Made by a program: the position numbers and the translations under genes. Under the pieces are notes generated by a model that saw only the letters and a list, made by a program, of their open reading frames with translations, did no database searches and was not told the DNA's origin. Source: Glaucostegus cemiculus (lineage: Eukaryota). From it: a stretch of DNA of 64,000 nt. Positions 12,823 through 24,639 of this stretch are shown one piece after another (position 1 is the stretch's first letter; each line of letters begins with the position of its first letter). The stretch spans positions 6,696,001-6,760,000 of the forward strand of contig CDPCPM010000026.1 in the NCBI GenBank assembly GCA_976551045.1, given 5' to 3'.

Positions 12823-14030
12823 TAGGCAGATCCTTGCAGTCAAGGATGACCTGCTTCCACTTCAGTCGTGTGGGTTCTGAGGTAACTGAGGAGCCAATGT
12901 GAGACCAACAGTACTTCCAAAGCTGGACAGGAGATGCATGACAGAGCACGTAGATGTCAGAGGTGGAGTGCTCCTTCTGCCGTTTTGGTGCTGGGCTGCC
13001 GCATGTACTTGATGAAGAGACTCTGCATCCTCAGTGCCTTCCTGGAGCTTGAGCAGTCATAGGTCTGGGAATTCCACGCAGAGTTGAGAATGTCACATTT
13101 TTTTCAAGGAGACTTTGAGAATATCCTTGAAAATATTTTCTCTGCCCACTTGGTAACGTCTAGCGCTGACAGAGCTTGAAGCAGAGCGCATGCTTTGGGA
13201 GTCCATTGTGGGGCATGCAAATTAGAGGGTATGGAATATGAGGAGAGGCTTAAGGTGCTAGTGCTCTACTCGTTGGAGAGGAGGAGGATGAGAGGGGACT
13301 TGATAGAGGTGTATAAGATATTGAGAGGAATAGATAGAGTTGACAGCCAGCGCCTCTTTCCCAGAGCGCAGATGCACAAGACGAGAGGGCATGGCTTTAA
13401 GATATTGGGTGGAAAGTTTGGGAGATGTCAGAGGGAAGTTTTTCACCCAGAGAGTGGTTGGCGCATGGAATGCACTACCTGGGGTGGTAGTAGAGGCAGA
13501 TACGTTGGACAGGTTCAAGAGATTGTTAGATAGGCACATGGAAGAATGTGGAATAGTAGGATATGTGGGAGGTAAGAGTTAGATTGTGAGACGTTTGAAG
13601 GATGGCACAACTTGGTGGGCCAAAGGGCTGTTTTGTGCTGTATTGTTCTATGGTTTTATGGTTCTACAATATGACCTGTTCTAATTAGAGATTTGATGTT
13701 GGTCTTGGCAATGCCGCTGATGCTGGTTCCCTTTTCCTGCTATTGGATTTGGAGGATTTTGCAAAGCCAACTTCGGTGCTTTGAGATGCTTCCTATAAAT
13801 ACTGCACATCTCAGGAGTGTAAAGCAAGTGAGGGGATCGCTGTTCTTGTGTAGACTTTGAGCTTAGTGCTGGGTTTGAGGTTTTGACCTTTGAACACACT
13901 TTTCCTCAGATGTGCAAAGCTAGTGATGACGCACTGGAGACTATGGTGAATTTTGTCTTTGATATCTGCCTTTTCTGAGAGATAGCTCTTGAAACTGGAA
14001 AGTGATCTATGTTTTCCTGGGTCCTCTTGT
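12823..14030 (-). mobile_element. RTE-clade LINE 3' part, interrupted by CR1 (13222-13666)
   Basis: ORF 13811-14110 YLSEKADIKDKIHHSLQCVITSFAHLRKSVFKGQNLKPSTKLKVY matches RTE 'YLGS...IDxEIxxRLxxAxxAFxxLRKRVF...TKLxVY'. C-terminal zinc-finger remnant SHIGLLSYLRTH near 12870-12905. RTE-type end GTCATCCTTGAC...CTGCC. Confidence 0.82.
13222..13666 (+). mobile_element. CR1 LINE, 5'-truncated, nested in RTE
   Basis: LEGMEYEERLKVLVLYSLERRRMRGDLIEVYKILRGIDRVD..., then after a frameshift FFTQRVVGAWNALPGVVVEADTLDRFKRLLDRHM. 3' end GGGCCAAAGGGCTG...TTCTATGGTTTTATGGTTCTA. Confidence 0.95.
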
Positions 14031-14425
14031 GAAGTTTTATTCTTGGTGGAAGGAGACTGGGGATGGGGGGGGGCGGGGCTGTTGGGGGTGATCAATGGAG
14101 TGTTGTGCACTAGGGGTTGGTCATATAATGGGCTTCCAGTGAAGCTGCATTCAGGTTAATCAGCTTCAGTATGATGTTGGTTTCTTTGGGTTTCAGAAAG
14201 GCAGCAATCTTTGAAATGGGGTTCTGAGAAAGGGTAACTTCAGATTATGGCTCTAGAAATATAAACCTGAAAGAGGAGCATGTTTTCTCCTGTGGTTTCT
14301 GACATTTTGTAGCTGCTGTGCTTGTTTGTGAAATAAAGCACTGGTAAGAATTGGATGTTAGGGTTTGTCATGGACCGTCCATATCACCTTTATGACTGAG
14401 TGCATGAATTAAGTATCTGTAAGCA

Positions 14426-14555
14426 GAAATAAAAACAGAAAATGCTGGAACCTCTCAGCAAGTCAGGCAGCATCTGTGGGGAAAAGAAAACAAAGGAATC
14501 CACAGGTGTTGCCTGACTGACTGAGTGTTTCCAGCATTTTTTTGTTTTTAATTTC
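14426..14555. repeat. Inverted pair of Penelope-type termini (about 54-bp arms, 20-nt spacer)
   Basis: GAAATAAAAACAGAAAATGCTGGAA...TCAGGCAGCATCTGTGG (14426-14479) is the near reverse complement of CCACAGGTGTTGCCTGAC...TTCCAGCATTTTTTTGTTTTTAATTTC (14500-14555). Confidence 0.8.
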
Positions 14556-14576
14556 AGTTTTCCAGCAAGTCCAGTT

Positions 14577-15198
14577 CAGGGGGGTCCCAGGTTACAGAAG
14601 ACCTGATGTATGGAAATCTAACGATGCAAATTCTCTCAGACCCTGCTCTCAGGGTCTTTTTTTTTTATGAGACTTTCTTTTTTTATGAGACGTGTTCCTG
14701 TGGAGGACGGTATCTCGCTCCTATGCGTACCATGTATGTATATGGTTGTGACAATAAAACTGATTCTGATTCTGATTCTGATTCTGAGGTACAGTACTCG
14801 AATTTCTTCACCAAGAAACAATGCAGAGACCATCCATAGAAAAAAAACAATGCTTTCTCCAAGGTCTCTGTTGAGTAGGATCAAACATTATGAACACCTC
14901 TCGTTCACACACACACTTTCTTTTATTAATCTGTCATTAATTTTCTTTCTTGCTGATTAGTAGATCAGCTCCCTTCAACACTCCACCTGGGCTGCAGCCA
15001 GACAAACATTTGTCACAGTTCACTTGCTGGTACCAACTCATATCACCTCCGCTGACCTTCCTCTAGCTACTCTTTGCAAATCAGTCTCTATTGGCTGTCG
15101 AGGCAAAAGAGGGAAATTGTTTGTTTCCAGATAGTGGAAAATTGAGTTTACGGACAGTTCTCAGGAATGGATCCCTTACATAACCCAGGGACCCCCAG
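14577..15198. mobile_element. Tigger/pogo-like (Tc1/mariner) non-autonomous DNA transposon
   Basis: TIRs CAGGGGGGTCCCAGGTTA and TAACCCAGGGACCCCCAG, with TA immediately 3' (left TA mutated to TT). Subterminal TTACGGA-like motifs typical of Tigger. Confidence 0.7.
14690..14787 (+). mobile_element. Very short retroposon 3' end with (GATTCT)n tail, inserted in the Tigger-like element
   Basis: CpG-retaining stretch ending TGACAATAAAAC followed by 4 x GATTCT. The tail style resembles Rex1/Babar-type ends. Confidence 0.6.
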
Positions 15199-15489
15199 TA
15201 CTTTGATTTTCTTTATCTGTTAGCAGATTTGATGTTGGAGGTTATATTGGGATTTATACTCAGGAGGAAAAGGTAAGACAAAACTGATGGTTTGGATATA
15301 AAGAACACATCATTCAACAGGATTTAATCACTAAGTCAAATATCCTTTCAGCAACTTAACTTGGCAAAATTCAATTTAGCAGGAGAATGTAAATCCTAAG
15401 GTTCCATTAATATGAGGTGCCCTTTGAAAACATCCCAACACACCTTTCCTGAAAAAGTTAAATGTTGACAAGATAGTTGTAAGACCCTA

Positions 15490-15790
15490 AACAATCTTCC
15501 TGTGTCTCATGCAAGAGGCTAAATGTCAGTTAGAGCCTAAACAGGAGGCAGTGGTAACCTAAATCCAAAGGACAAAGGGCACTGCAACCAGACCCAATCA
15601 TGTTCTCAGTCATTATCCAAATGCATTCAACTTTCAAGCAAGTAGTCATGGATTAGTACTCACTACCTGGAACTGGTTTATCTCATTAATTTGAAGTACT
15701 GAGACCAATGACTTTTTCAAGATGTGTTGGAACTGAATCATGTACAGTTCCATCCTAATACTGCAGTAGCAACTGGATATCTTTGAGGTC
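15490..15790 (-). repeat. Old SINE-like repeat, probably related to 46960-47260
   Basis: Patchy reverse-complement similarity to the 47.1-47.2 kb segment. Highly diverged. Confidence 0.3.
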
Positions 15791-16089
15791 CCAATCTAAC
15801 TCAGTTCACAATTCCTATATCTTTACAGAACCGAATCAACTAATTTTTACCCAAGCAATATTTTAAAAGTACAGAAACTTAACCTGGATTGAGAAGGAAG
15901 TCCTAATTCTCTTAGGAGCAGCCATGGTGAGAGCTCCACAAAGGAGGAATAATTTTGGGGGGATGCAACAAATGCTTGTGCTCAAAATGAAGATCGTGGA
16001 CACTAGATAAGTTTGAATCTGGTACCATTTCAAGCACTGCCAGAAAAAGTCTTCCAGTATTGTTCCAATGTTAATATTTCCAATTGCTA

Positions 16090-16576
16090 AAATCAGTGAC
16101 CCATAAAGGATTGGTCAGCAACACTCTGGATTTGTTCTCAGTTCTGTATGACAATCCTCAGGAGGGATTGGACTATTAAGCACAAGTCAGATGGTTCCAT
16201 CTCACCTCATTGAGCAGAACATAAATCCAGATACTAGAGAAGAAAGAATGCACCAATCCATGGCTTGTCTGTTACTCAGATCTTGCAGCATTTATCAGGG
16301 TTATCTGTATTCTTAGAGCAGAAAAAGTTAGCAGGAGATTGGCAAAGATATTCAAAATTATGATGGGTTTTGTTCAAGTAAATAAAGGAGAAGTCGTTTT
16401 CATAAGCAGAAGGGTGAGTAATTAGATGACAAAGACTTAAGGTAATTAGCAAAAGAACTGCAGCATAAAAGAGAAGTAATTGTACGCATTGCATTGTAAC
16501 CTGGAATGTACTGCCTGAAAGGGCGATGGAAACAGATTCATTAGTAAATTTCAAAATAGAAAACAAATACCTGAAC
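16090..16576 (+). mobile_element. CR1 LINE, old degenerate fragment
   Basis: ...GGAGATTGG..AGATATTCAAAATTATGATGGGTTTT (GD...FKIMxGF) and CTGGAATGTACTGCCTGAAAGGGCGATGGAAACAGATTCA (WNVLPERAMETDS). Confidence 0.7.
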
Positions 16577-16660
16577 ACTGGTTTTGTGAAAATTGTTTTG
16601 CTCTGGCAGGGTAGATAACATTGCTAACATGTAAAGATGACTCTCTCTTGGTATGTTGTA

Positions 16661-16996
16661 TAGAATCATAAAGAGATATAGCATATAAATAGGCCCTTCG
16701 GCCCACCCAATCCATGCTGACCATTTACACTAATCCTACATGAATCACATTTTTTAAAATCTTTCCACATTGTTATCAACTCCCTTCAGATTCAGCCACT
16801 TGCTAACATACTAGGGGAAATTTACAATGGCCAACTAACCAACCAAGCTGCACTTCACTGGGATGTGGAAGGGGACCAGAATGCCCAGAGGGAGAACATG
16901 AAATCTCCACCCGAACAGTGCCAGAGGTCAGAATTGAACCTGGATTGCTGGAGCTGCAGGACACCAGCTCTGCTAACTGCACCATTGTGCTGTCCC
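16661..16996 (-). mobile_element. HE1-like V-SINE, older subfamily C with long CR1-derived tail
   Basis: Reverse strand: GGGACAGCACAATGGTGCAG head, B-box GGTTCAATTCTG, partial V-domain, GTAAATTTCCCCTAG, and tail GGGCCGAAGGGCCT...ATGATTCTA. Confidence 0.8.
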
Positions 16997-17644
16997 ACAA
17001 TATGTTTAATCTTAGAATGAAGTGATCCAATAATACTTTTCCATCTTTTCATACCTTCATAATCATGTTTCAATTTAGTAAATGCACAAGAACAGACATT
17101 CACAAGCAGCTGCACACTTGGACTATTCAAAATGTATTGACTATTTTATGAGATGTCCCTATGGCAGCAGCCCGTCCCTGAGCTTAACCCTGTCCCACTG
17201 ATTATCTGCCAATCTTTTGGTAAGAGGATAATAGAATACCTTGTTTTTTTCTCCTTCCATAACTCAGAAAATTGTCCAAAAAAATTCTCTTATGAATATT
17301 GAGAAGGAGCAGCTGAGTGTTATCATTAACAGATTCAGAAATGGGAAGAAAACTGAACCACACAGTCCAGGTCGGACCTGGATTCAGTTACATATTTGGG
17401 CTGTTAGTTCATCATGGCAATGTTCTGCCTGTACTTACTACAGTTAAGCTCTCCATACTTGGGCTGGCGGAGGATTAGATAGAGATGGGGAGAGCGGGAG
17501 AATTAATTAAGTTTTGTGTTTCAATGTACCCTTCCCAACACTGAGTGAACAAGGGTGAGGAGGAGCAACTATTAATGTCTTCTCCCCTCCCTCCGAGATC
17601 AAACGCCTGCTGTCTCTCACTGTTGATTGACAATAATGAAAGGA

Positions 17645-18515
17645 AGCAAGTGTCTTTCCTTTCTTAGAAGGTTAAGGAGGTTTGGCATGTCACCGAACAC
17701 TCTAACAAACTTCTACAGGTGTATTGTTGAAAGTATCCTGACTTCGTTGTCTGGTGCGGCAATATGAAAGCACATGAACATAAGAAGCTACCTAATATTG
17801 AGCGGCAGATAGCGTAGTGCTTAGCACGACACTATTACAGTGCCAGCGATCGGGGTTCAATTCCTGTCACTGTCTGTAAGGAGTTTGTATGTTCTCCCGT
17901 GTCTGCGTGGGTTTCCTCCGGCTGCTCCAGTTTCCTCCCACATTTGAAAAACATACGAGTAGGTTAATTTGGGTCTAAAATGGGTGGTGTGGACTCGTTG
18001 GGCCGGAAGGGCCTGATACCACACTGTAAATAAAATTTAAATTAATTTAATTTAATATATCAGGGGAACATCCCTCCCCACTATTGGTAGTATCTACTGG
18101 AGGTGCTGCCTCAAGAAGGCAACATCCATCATCAAAGATCCCCACCATCCGGGCCACGCCATCTTTTCACAGCTACCATCAGGCAGGAGGTACAGAAGCC
18201 TGAAGTCCCACACCACCAGGTTCAAGAACAGCCACTTCCCTTCAACCATAAATTCTTGAACCAACCGGCAAAACCCTAATCACTACAGTTTAGCAATACT
18301 ATGACCACACTGACCACCTTGCACTAAAATGGACTTTTTTTTTTGTTCTAATTGTGTTTTTTTCTTGCAAAAATTATATATAATTTATGTTTAATTTATG
18401 TTTTTCTTGTGAATGTTACTTATGTGATGCTGTGATGCTGCTGTAGGTAAGTTTTTCATTGCACCTCTGCATACATGTACTTGTGCATATGACAATAAGC
18501 ATGACTTTGACTTTG
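17645..18515 (+). mobile_element. Rex1/Babar LINE 3' part, interrupted by V-SINE
   Basis: FLRRLRRFGMSPNTLTNFYRCIVESILT at about 17660-17743. After the SINE, LPTIGSIYWRCCLKKATSIIKDPHHPGHAIFSQLPSGRRYRSLKSHTTRFKNSHFP. Tail TGACAATAA...GACTTTGACTTTGA. Confidence 0.9.
17799..18052 (+). mobile_element. V-SINE subfamily A nested in Rex1
   Basis: Same head, V-domain and tail as the 5685 copy. TAATAT repeated at 17793-17798 and 18053-18058. Confidence 0.9.
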
Positions 18516-18971
18516 ATCATGGCCGAGTAAGATATTCCTTATTCCTACAGGAGGAATCCACCTCCATCAGTTGAGATTACGAGTTGTGATCCAGAAATCT
18601 CTAGCAGAGATCTGGGAAACAGTGTTCTGCCAACATTAGACAGCACGAGGTGGGTGTCTCCACATTATCCCAAAGTTTCTGGGAGAAAGCTGGGTATGGG
18701 GGGTGGGTCATGGTTTGGGCTAGGCTGCAGTATTCAGGTGACACAGGTGCTGGGACCAGAGTTTGGTGGGGAGTGGGGGGGGGGAGGGTGATCAGTGATC
18801 GGGCAACGACTCTAAAGAGGGCAAGCAGCAGCAGTTATTGGACAATCTTGATCTTGGAGAGAGCTATCATGACCATCAGTGGCAGTTGTGGCTCATTTGA
18901 TAAGACACTTGTTTCTGAGTCAAAGGCTTTGAGGAAGGGCAAAGGAGTCAGCTCCAAATTTCCTGGTTAAT

Positions 18972-19240
18972 ATCAGTATCTGGGGTATCAAAAACAAGAG
19001 GGCATAGGCTTAAGATGAGAGGAAGGAATTTTAAAGGGGAAATTAGAGGTAGGTTTCTTCCACACAGATGGTGGTTGATGTCAGATACAATGACTATGCT
19101 TGGGAGGCATTTAGGCAGACATTTAAATAGGCAAGGCATAGCAGTCCTATAGTGGATTAATGTGGATAGGAGAAAAGCTTGGCATGGATCTGGTGAGTTG
19201 ATGGGCCCATTTCTGTGGTGTACTACCCCATGACTCTCAA
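18972..19240 (+). mobile_element. CR1 3' fragment
   Basis: ACAAGAGGGCATAGGCTTAAGATGAGAGG (TRGHRLKMRG), and CR1 3'UTR ending GGGCCCATTTCTGTGGTGTAC...ATGACTCT. Confidence 0.8.
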
Positions 19241-19254
19241 TCAACCACATAAAA

Positions 19255-19400
19255 AATGTTTATTTGCTCATTACCTCACTGTGCATAGGAGCAAGCTGCT
19301 GCTACATTTTCTACATTACAACAATGAATAAACTCTCAAATTCATACTTAATTGGCTGTACAAAAGGCACAATAAGATGACATCTTTCTTTTCTTTTTTA
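19255..19400 (+). mobile_element. 3' tail fragment of a Deu-SINE / L2-like element
   Basis: GCTGCTACATTTTCTACATTACAACAATG...TACTTAATTGGCTGTA...TCTTTCTTTT resembles the reverse complement of 59740-59870. Confidence 0.5.
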
Positions 19401-20317
19401 AACCATAATTTTGTTATTTTAGCCCGCAGAGGAACACCTACTCTGGAATCCATTATGGAGTTCTCAGAGAAAATATTCTGGGGTGTCAGCAAGGGTGCTT
19501 AGAAGTTAAGACAAAGCCAAACTCTGTGTTTAGAAGATATTCTGATCCAGAATATATGTGGTTAGATGTTCTATTGCATCGCAGATTATTTTTATGTGAC
19601 TCGCAATTTGCTAAATTGATCAAAAACTCTGTGTGCATGCATAGTGCACCTTGACAAATTGTGGTGTGGCTCTCCATCTACATGATGCATTCATTTCAAA
19701 TGTTTCTGGATGCACAGTACCATTAACAGTCAAAACGCAATGTGCAATAGAAGTTGCTGTTGCAATATTAGAACATAAATGCACACTTTGCAGAAGGAGC
19801 GAGTTTCATTTGCGGGAGTAGGTCATCAATGCATGACGAAGACTTACTACAGGGTTTGTTGTCATGTTGATTCCTAACTGGGGCACTGTCAGGGAGTCCA
19901 GTAATGAGGCAATGCCTGAGGTCTTCAAGGGTAGTCCTGATGTTGTTTATCTGTTGTATGGATCCTTGTAGGTGATGATTACCCCATTTTCTGTCCCCTG
20001 CCAACATTGCATTACTCCATCTGCCCTCAGGAATGTGTGGTCGCCTTCCCTCTACCATCAGCTTCTGAAAAAGAAATCTGACTCCACTATTTGAAGCAGC
20101 AGTTCCCAATGTTCTCCTGTTAATGGCTGCCACCATGGTATAAACTTTGCCAGTAAACATGCTGTTTTTGCAGATCTCCTGCACTTTGCCATTTAAAGTG
20201 GATATCCAAATGCAGAACTATTTTTTTGGACTTGATATTTGGGAAAATCATGTAAAGCTGATCTCTTGGCATTCATTTTGGGATTAATGATAAGTAACTC
20301 ATACTACTATAGTAGCT

Positions 20318-20610
20318 TGATGGTTGTCTCTAGACAAGTGGACTAGAGGCATGGACTCTGGAGATACAAGTTCGAATGTCACCATAGGAATTTGTTAATT
20401 CAATGAAATAAGATAGAATTTTAGTTCACAGGTGTCCCTGAGTTATTATAGAAAAGAGAACTTTTTAATTAAAAGCCTTAAGAGAAGAAAATCTCATGGT
20501 GACTCCAAACAAAACAGTGATATGGTTGACTCCTAACTGCCCTTTCAAATGGCTCAGCAAAGATTCAGTATTTGCATTTGCTGTAATGTCAGATCAGTGA
20601 ATTAGTAGTA
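20318..20610 (+). mobile_element. Old tRNA-headed SINE, degenerate
   Basis: B-box-like AGTTCGAATG, then GACTCC...GGTTGACTCCTAACTGCCCTTTCAAATGGC, a pattern I recall from elasmobranch SINEs. Confidence 0.5.
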
Positions 20611-22115
20611 AAGGTGTTTCTGTAAACATTTACCTTGTTGTTATGGTGTCAACCACGTAACTTGTGCATGGACTCTCTCTTGCGTGCTATGTTGTATGTT
20701 TAATTGTAGAGTGAAGTGATCCATTAATACTTTTCTGACCTTTCATATCCTCACAATCATGTTTAGATTTAGCAAACATGCAAGAACAGACATTCACATG
20801 CAGCTGGAATCTTAGATTATTAGATATATGTAGTTCTAACAGTTTGACTTTCTTAATAGTAAGTACTATGTATCTACCAGAAAAAGACTCAGTCGTCCTC
20901 AGTGGGCCTGGTGCTGCCAGTGGGTACAAATATTGGTCAAGTCAATAACAACATATGCATGACTAATACACCACTACCTAGCATGTCATTTATGTTGCAC
21001 ATTATTTTAAACAATCGTTCATTAACTTTGATTTTAATGCCTATATTCAGTAACAGAGGGATCAGGCATTTTTGAGCCCACCATTCTTAAGAATAAAACC
21101 TTGTCAAACACAATGGTATAGTCTCATTGGGGGGGGGGGGGGGGTGGAATTAGAATCATGGACAACAGCAGTTTGCTTGAGGGTACTCCAGAAGCATCAG
21201 CCCATACAAGGTGACTCTCCCTATCATAGGACCAATGATGCCTGTGGGGAGTAGATCTGATCCCACCATTGACTATTGGATGTGGGAGTCTCAAAGGATG
21301 GGGACAACTGACAGTTTTTTGATGGTGTAGGATTGGTTGATTTGGTGATGGAAGAGTGTATTAGGGTGAACAGAATTTAGATTACAGAAAGCACAGCGAC
21401 AGTCTTGCATGGTGGGCTGACTTTTTACTGTCATAATAGATTTGCATGGAGCTTGAGGGAGAGTTTTTGGAGCCTTTAGCTACAGCTACCTTGAACTTAC
21501 TCTTAGGGATCATATTCTTAACCTTCATTCATGCTGAATTCATTGTTTATTTTGATGGCACACCTGGATCAGTTTTGATCAATGACTGCTAACGCTACAA
21601 ATGCATATGTTTACACAACTCTTTGTCCCTCATATTGGTCTACTGGCCAGGTAAGTGTTGGGTTTGCCAAGTGGTTACCAAATTTAACTGGATGGTCAGT
21701 CAGGACTTGAGAGTGCCTTGTGCATTTGCACCTTAACTCAGTTAATTGTCATTTGACTGGTTATTTCGATGAGCAGTTGACCTTCTGTTCACTTGGCACA
21801 TCACCATTTAAGAATAGGGTTATTGCTTACATAAGGGCCTGTTCATCGTCCTTCAGTTCATGCCTTCGATTGACCCATCCAAAATTGCCACAAAAGCAGA
21901 CCAGATTAACAGGGCACATTCCAGAGACTGTGACACCCAATACTTATAACTTTTCATTTTCCTGTCTTAATTATTTATTTTAACTCTTTTGTTCTTGAAA
22001 GTGGACTAATGAAGCATTAACATTGCAGTTGGTGCTTTCTTACCCTTGGATTAAGTGGCATATGACAACATTTCCAGGTTTCTGCCTCAGTCTTGAGATG
22101 GTTAATTTCTTTCTA

Positions 22116-22376
22116 AGATAAGATCTTTATTAGTCACATGTACATCGAAACACATCTTTTGCGTAGAGTGTTCTGGGGCAGCCAGCAAGTGTCGCCACAC
22201 TTCCGGCACCAACATAGCATGCCCACAACGTCCTAACCCGTACGTCTTTGGAATGTGGGAGGAAACTGGAGCACCCAGAGGAAACCCATGCTGACATGGG
22301 GAGAATATACAAACTCCTTACAGACAGTGGCTGGAATTGAACCCAGGACTCTGGCGCTCTAAAGCATTACGCTAAG
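22116..22376 (-). mobile_element. V-SINE subfamily B (non-CR1, Rex1-like tail)
   Basis: Reverse strand: B-box GGTTCAATTCC, V-domain, unique middle GGGCATGCTATGTTGGTGCCGGAAG, tail GTACATGTGACTAATAAAGATCTTATCTT. TSD CTTTCTA at 22109-22115 and 22377-22383. Confidence 0.88.
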
Positions 22377-24639
22377 CTTTCTAGCCATTGTTCCAATAGA
22401 GATGAACATGAATGATCCCTCTATGCTATTTGATTGTAGAATTACTTACTTAGTTGTTTTGCCTCTTATCTCTTTAGTGAAATCATTCAACAAGAGAAAA
22501 GGGACATATGTCTCCTCCCTGTTGGCAAGACTTAATTCACCCTGTGGTCCGAGCATGCTGTCTTCTCCAACAGCAGGTAGATCAATTGATTCTTGAAGTA
22601 TTCACCAGCCAGTTTGTTCACCCATAAAGACATGAGAATACTCCAATGAATGTCCTTCACTCAACTTTATCCCAAGTAATTATGATACAGATCAGTCTTC
22701 TAAAGACGGGTTTGATTGTTTAGGAAACTCAGGGTCACCTTGTGATTGGTATGGTTAGTAGTTGTCAAGTGCTATTGGTATAGTTAATAATTAGAAAATA
22801 TCGCTTGCTAAATCTTCAAGGGCAATCATATTGGTAAGGGAATTTTTAAAGTTATTGGAAAGAGTCAGTCACAGCATATTAGTTGCAAAACACCAACACA
22901 CTACATGAATGTGAACACAGAAATTCTTGATCAGAGCTGGACAACTGACTGTATAGATTTTGATTGAGAGTGTGCTAAGTGACCATTCTAGGTTCCTCCA
23001 TTGATTGGCCCATAGCTACTAGGTTTACAAACTTTTATACCTGATCCTGACTGATGAGATCTACGGTTGTACATTTCCTATTCCACACATGATGAATCAA
23101 AGAGCTAGGTTCTTCCAAGTTGTACTACCAAACAACAGTGACAATGTTTAAGTTTCCAAGACATCCAAAGGGTTCTTGTTAACTAACCACCTTACATCCC
23201 TTTGCTAACTTATTATATTGTTTATGCTTTTGCCAACTGATACATGCTAAAAAAATTATCTTAATTTATTTACCTTGCTTGATGTCAGTAACCAACAGTT
23301 GGATTAGCCTGCTCAGGGAGTCACTGCACTTGTAAATTCTTGCTTAGTCACTTGCCTTGAAGCGACCAAATAGAAGTTTTGGCCTTATAAATCAATCAGA
23401 CATTGAAGGAAAAGGCAGTGATCCAATATAACTGTTTTCCTGTGTTTACTTGGGAGATCTGCAAGTCTCCCACTGAATTAAAGGAAGACTTCCATGGAAT
23501 TTCAGGGCAAATCTCTTAATGAGAAGAGCAAAGTGTACAACAGTAGAAGTATGCTATGGCGAATATGTTTTATATGCTTTCAGTGAGAGTACTAAAAATA
23601 AAGCATGTTATTTTAGGAAGTATTACAGCAGCAGTCAGCAGGAATGAAAAATAATAATCTGGTGCTGAAATTCTGCAGGGTCTGTCTTGATCTCCTGCTG
23701 TAGCTGCTGAAGTTATAACAGGAGATTGAGGGAACCCCTGTGGAATTTCAGGCCCTTTATGTTTAGGTGCTAAAGGCTTTGAAGACTTGAGTTTGTAGAT
23801 TTCAAACACTGACAGTTTGCATACTGTACATGCATTACTTTTGTGCAATGCAGTTAGTGATGTCAGTTGAGAACTATCTGTTGTATTTAACAATTTTTCA
23901 CTATTGTAATAAAAACATTTTTTGATTCAATGCAAGTAAACCAAGTGACTCATTTCTGAACGATATCCATGTGGAATAGAAAGACATGTTTTAGATCTAA
24001 AGTGGAAGATTACTGAGTTCCATTGATACGGAACAGAATTGTACAGAAAAAGTAACTTAACCACATATATCATGAAATAAGGCTCTGTTCACTCTTATAG
24101 GATTTTCATTTGATGGCAATTCTTAAATTTTAGAAAGAATCATACAAAGCATGTTGGATGCTGGAATTATTAGATGCTTTTTTCTGCAGAAAGCTTTCCT
24201 TTAAAGGTTAAGTAAGCCTAAGTATATATTAACTTTACCAAATTCTCACTTTAATTTGATTTTATAAAAATATCGTGAAAATAATTAATTTTAAAGTGTT
24301 ACGCTAATTCTGAAAAGTTATGTGATTTATGTTTGGCATATTTTATTATAATTCCTCATATTTAGAATACAGATGATTCATAGCAAAATTGATCTGCAAG
24401 AAAATTGTATAAAACATGTGAACTATATGATGACTGGGTACAATTTGGTGCCAAAATTCTGCTAGCTTTGCTGTACCTTTGGGCTCAAATTGTCAATCAA
24501 CCTCATTTGCAAATTACAGAATACAACGTCTTCCATTAACCAACACAATTGAATAACGCTTTAAAATTGAATTTAAAAAATTAGAAATAAAATTCTTAAT
24601 ATATTTAAAAGTGGCATATTTATTTAAGGCTTCTATTTA

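Noticed and set aside
14762-14787. Short regular repeats, considered as a CRISPR-like or telomere-like array
   Set aside because: (GATTCT)n is a simple retroposon tail with no spacers, and the DNA is vertebrate.
19768-20184. 138-aa minus-strand ORF with LAGD...RTTLE, faintly like Harbinger 'LLGD...R..IE'
   Set aside because: Similarity too weak to call by eye. It needs an HMM search.
21128-21144. Long G homopolymer
   Set aside because: A simple homopolymer with unreliable length and no supporting context.
21180-23200. Possibly very old LINE-derived sequence flanking the 22.1 kb SINE
   Set aside because: I could not recover any diagnostic protein motif, so it is left unannotated.
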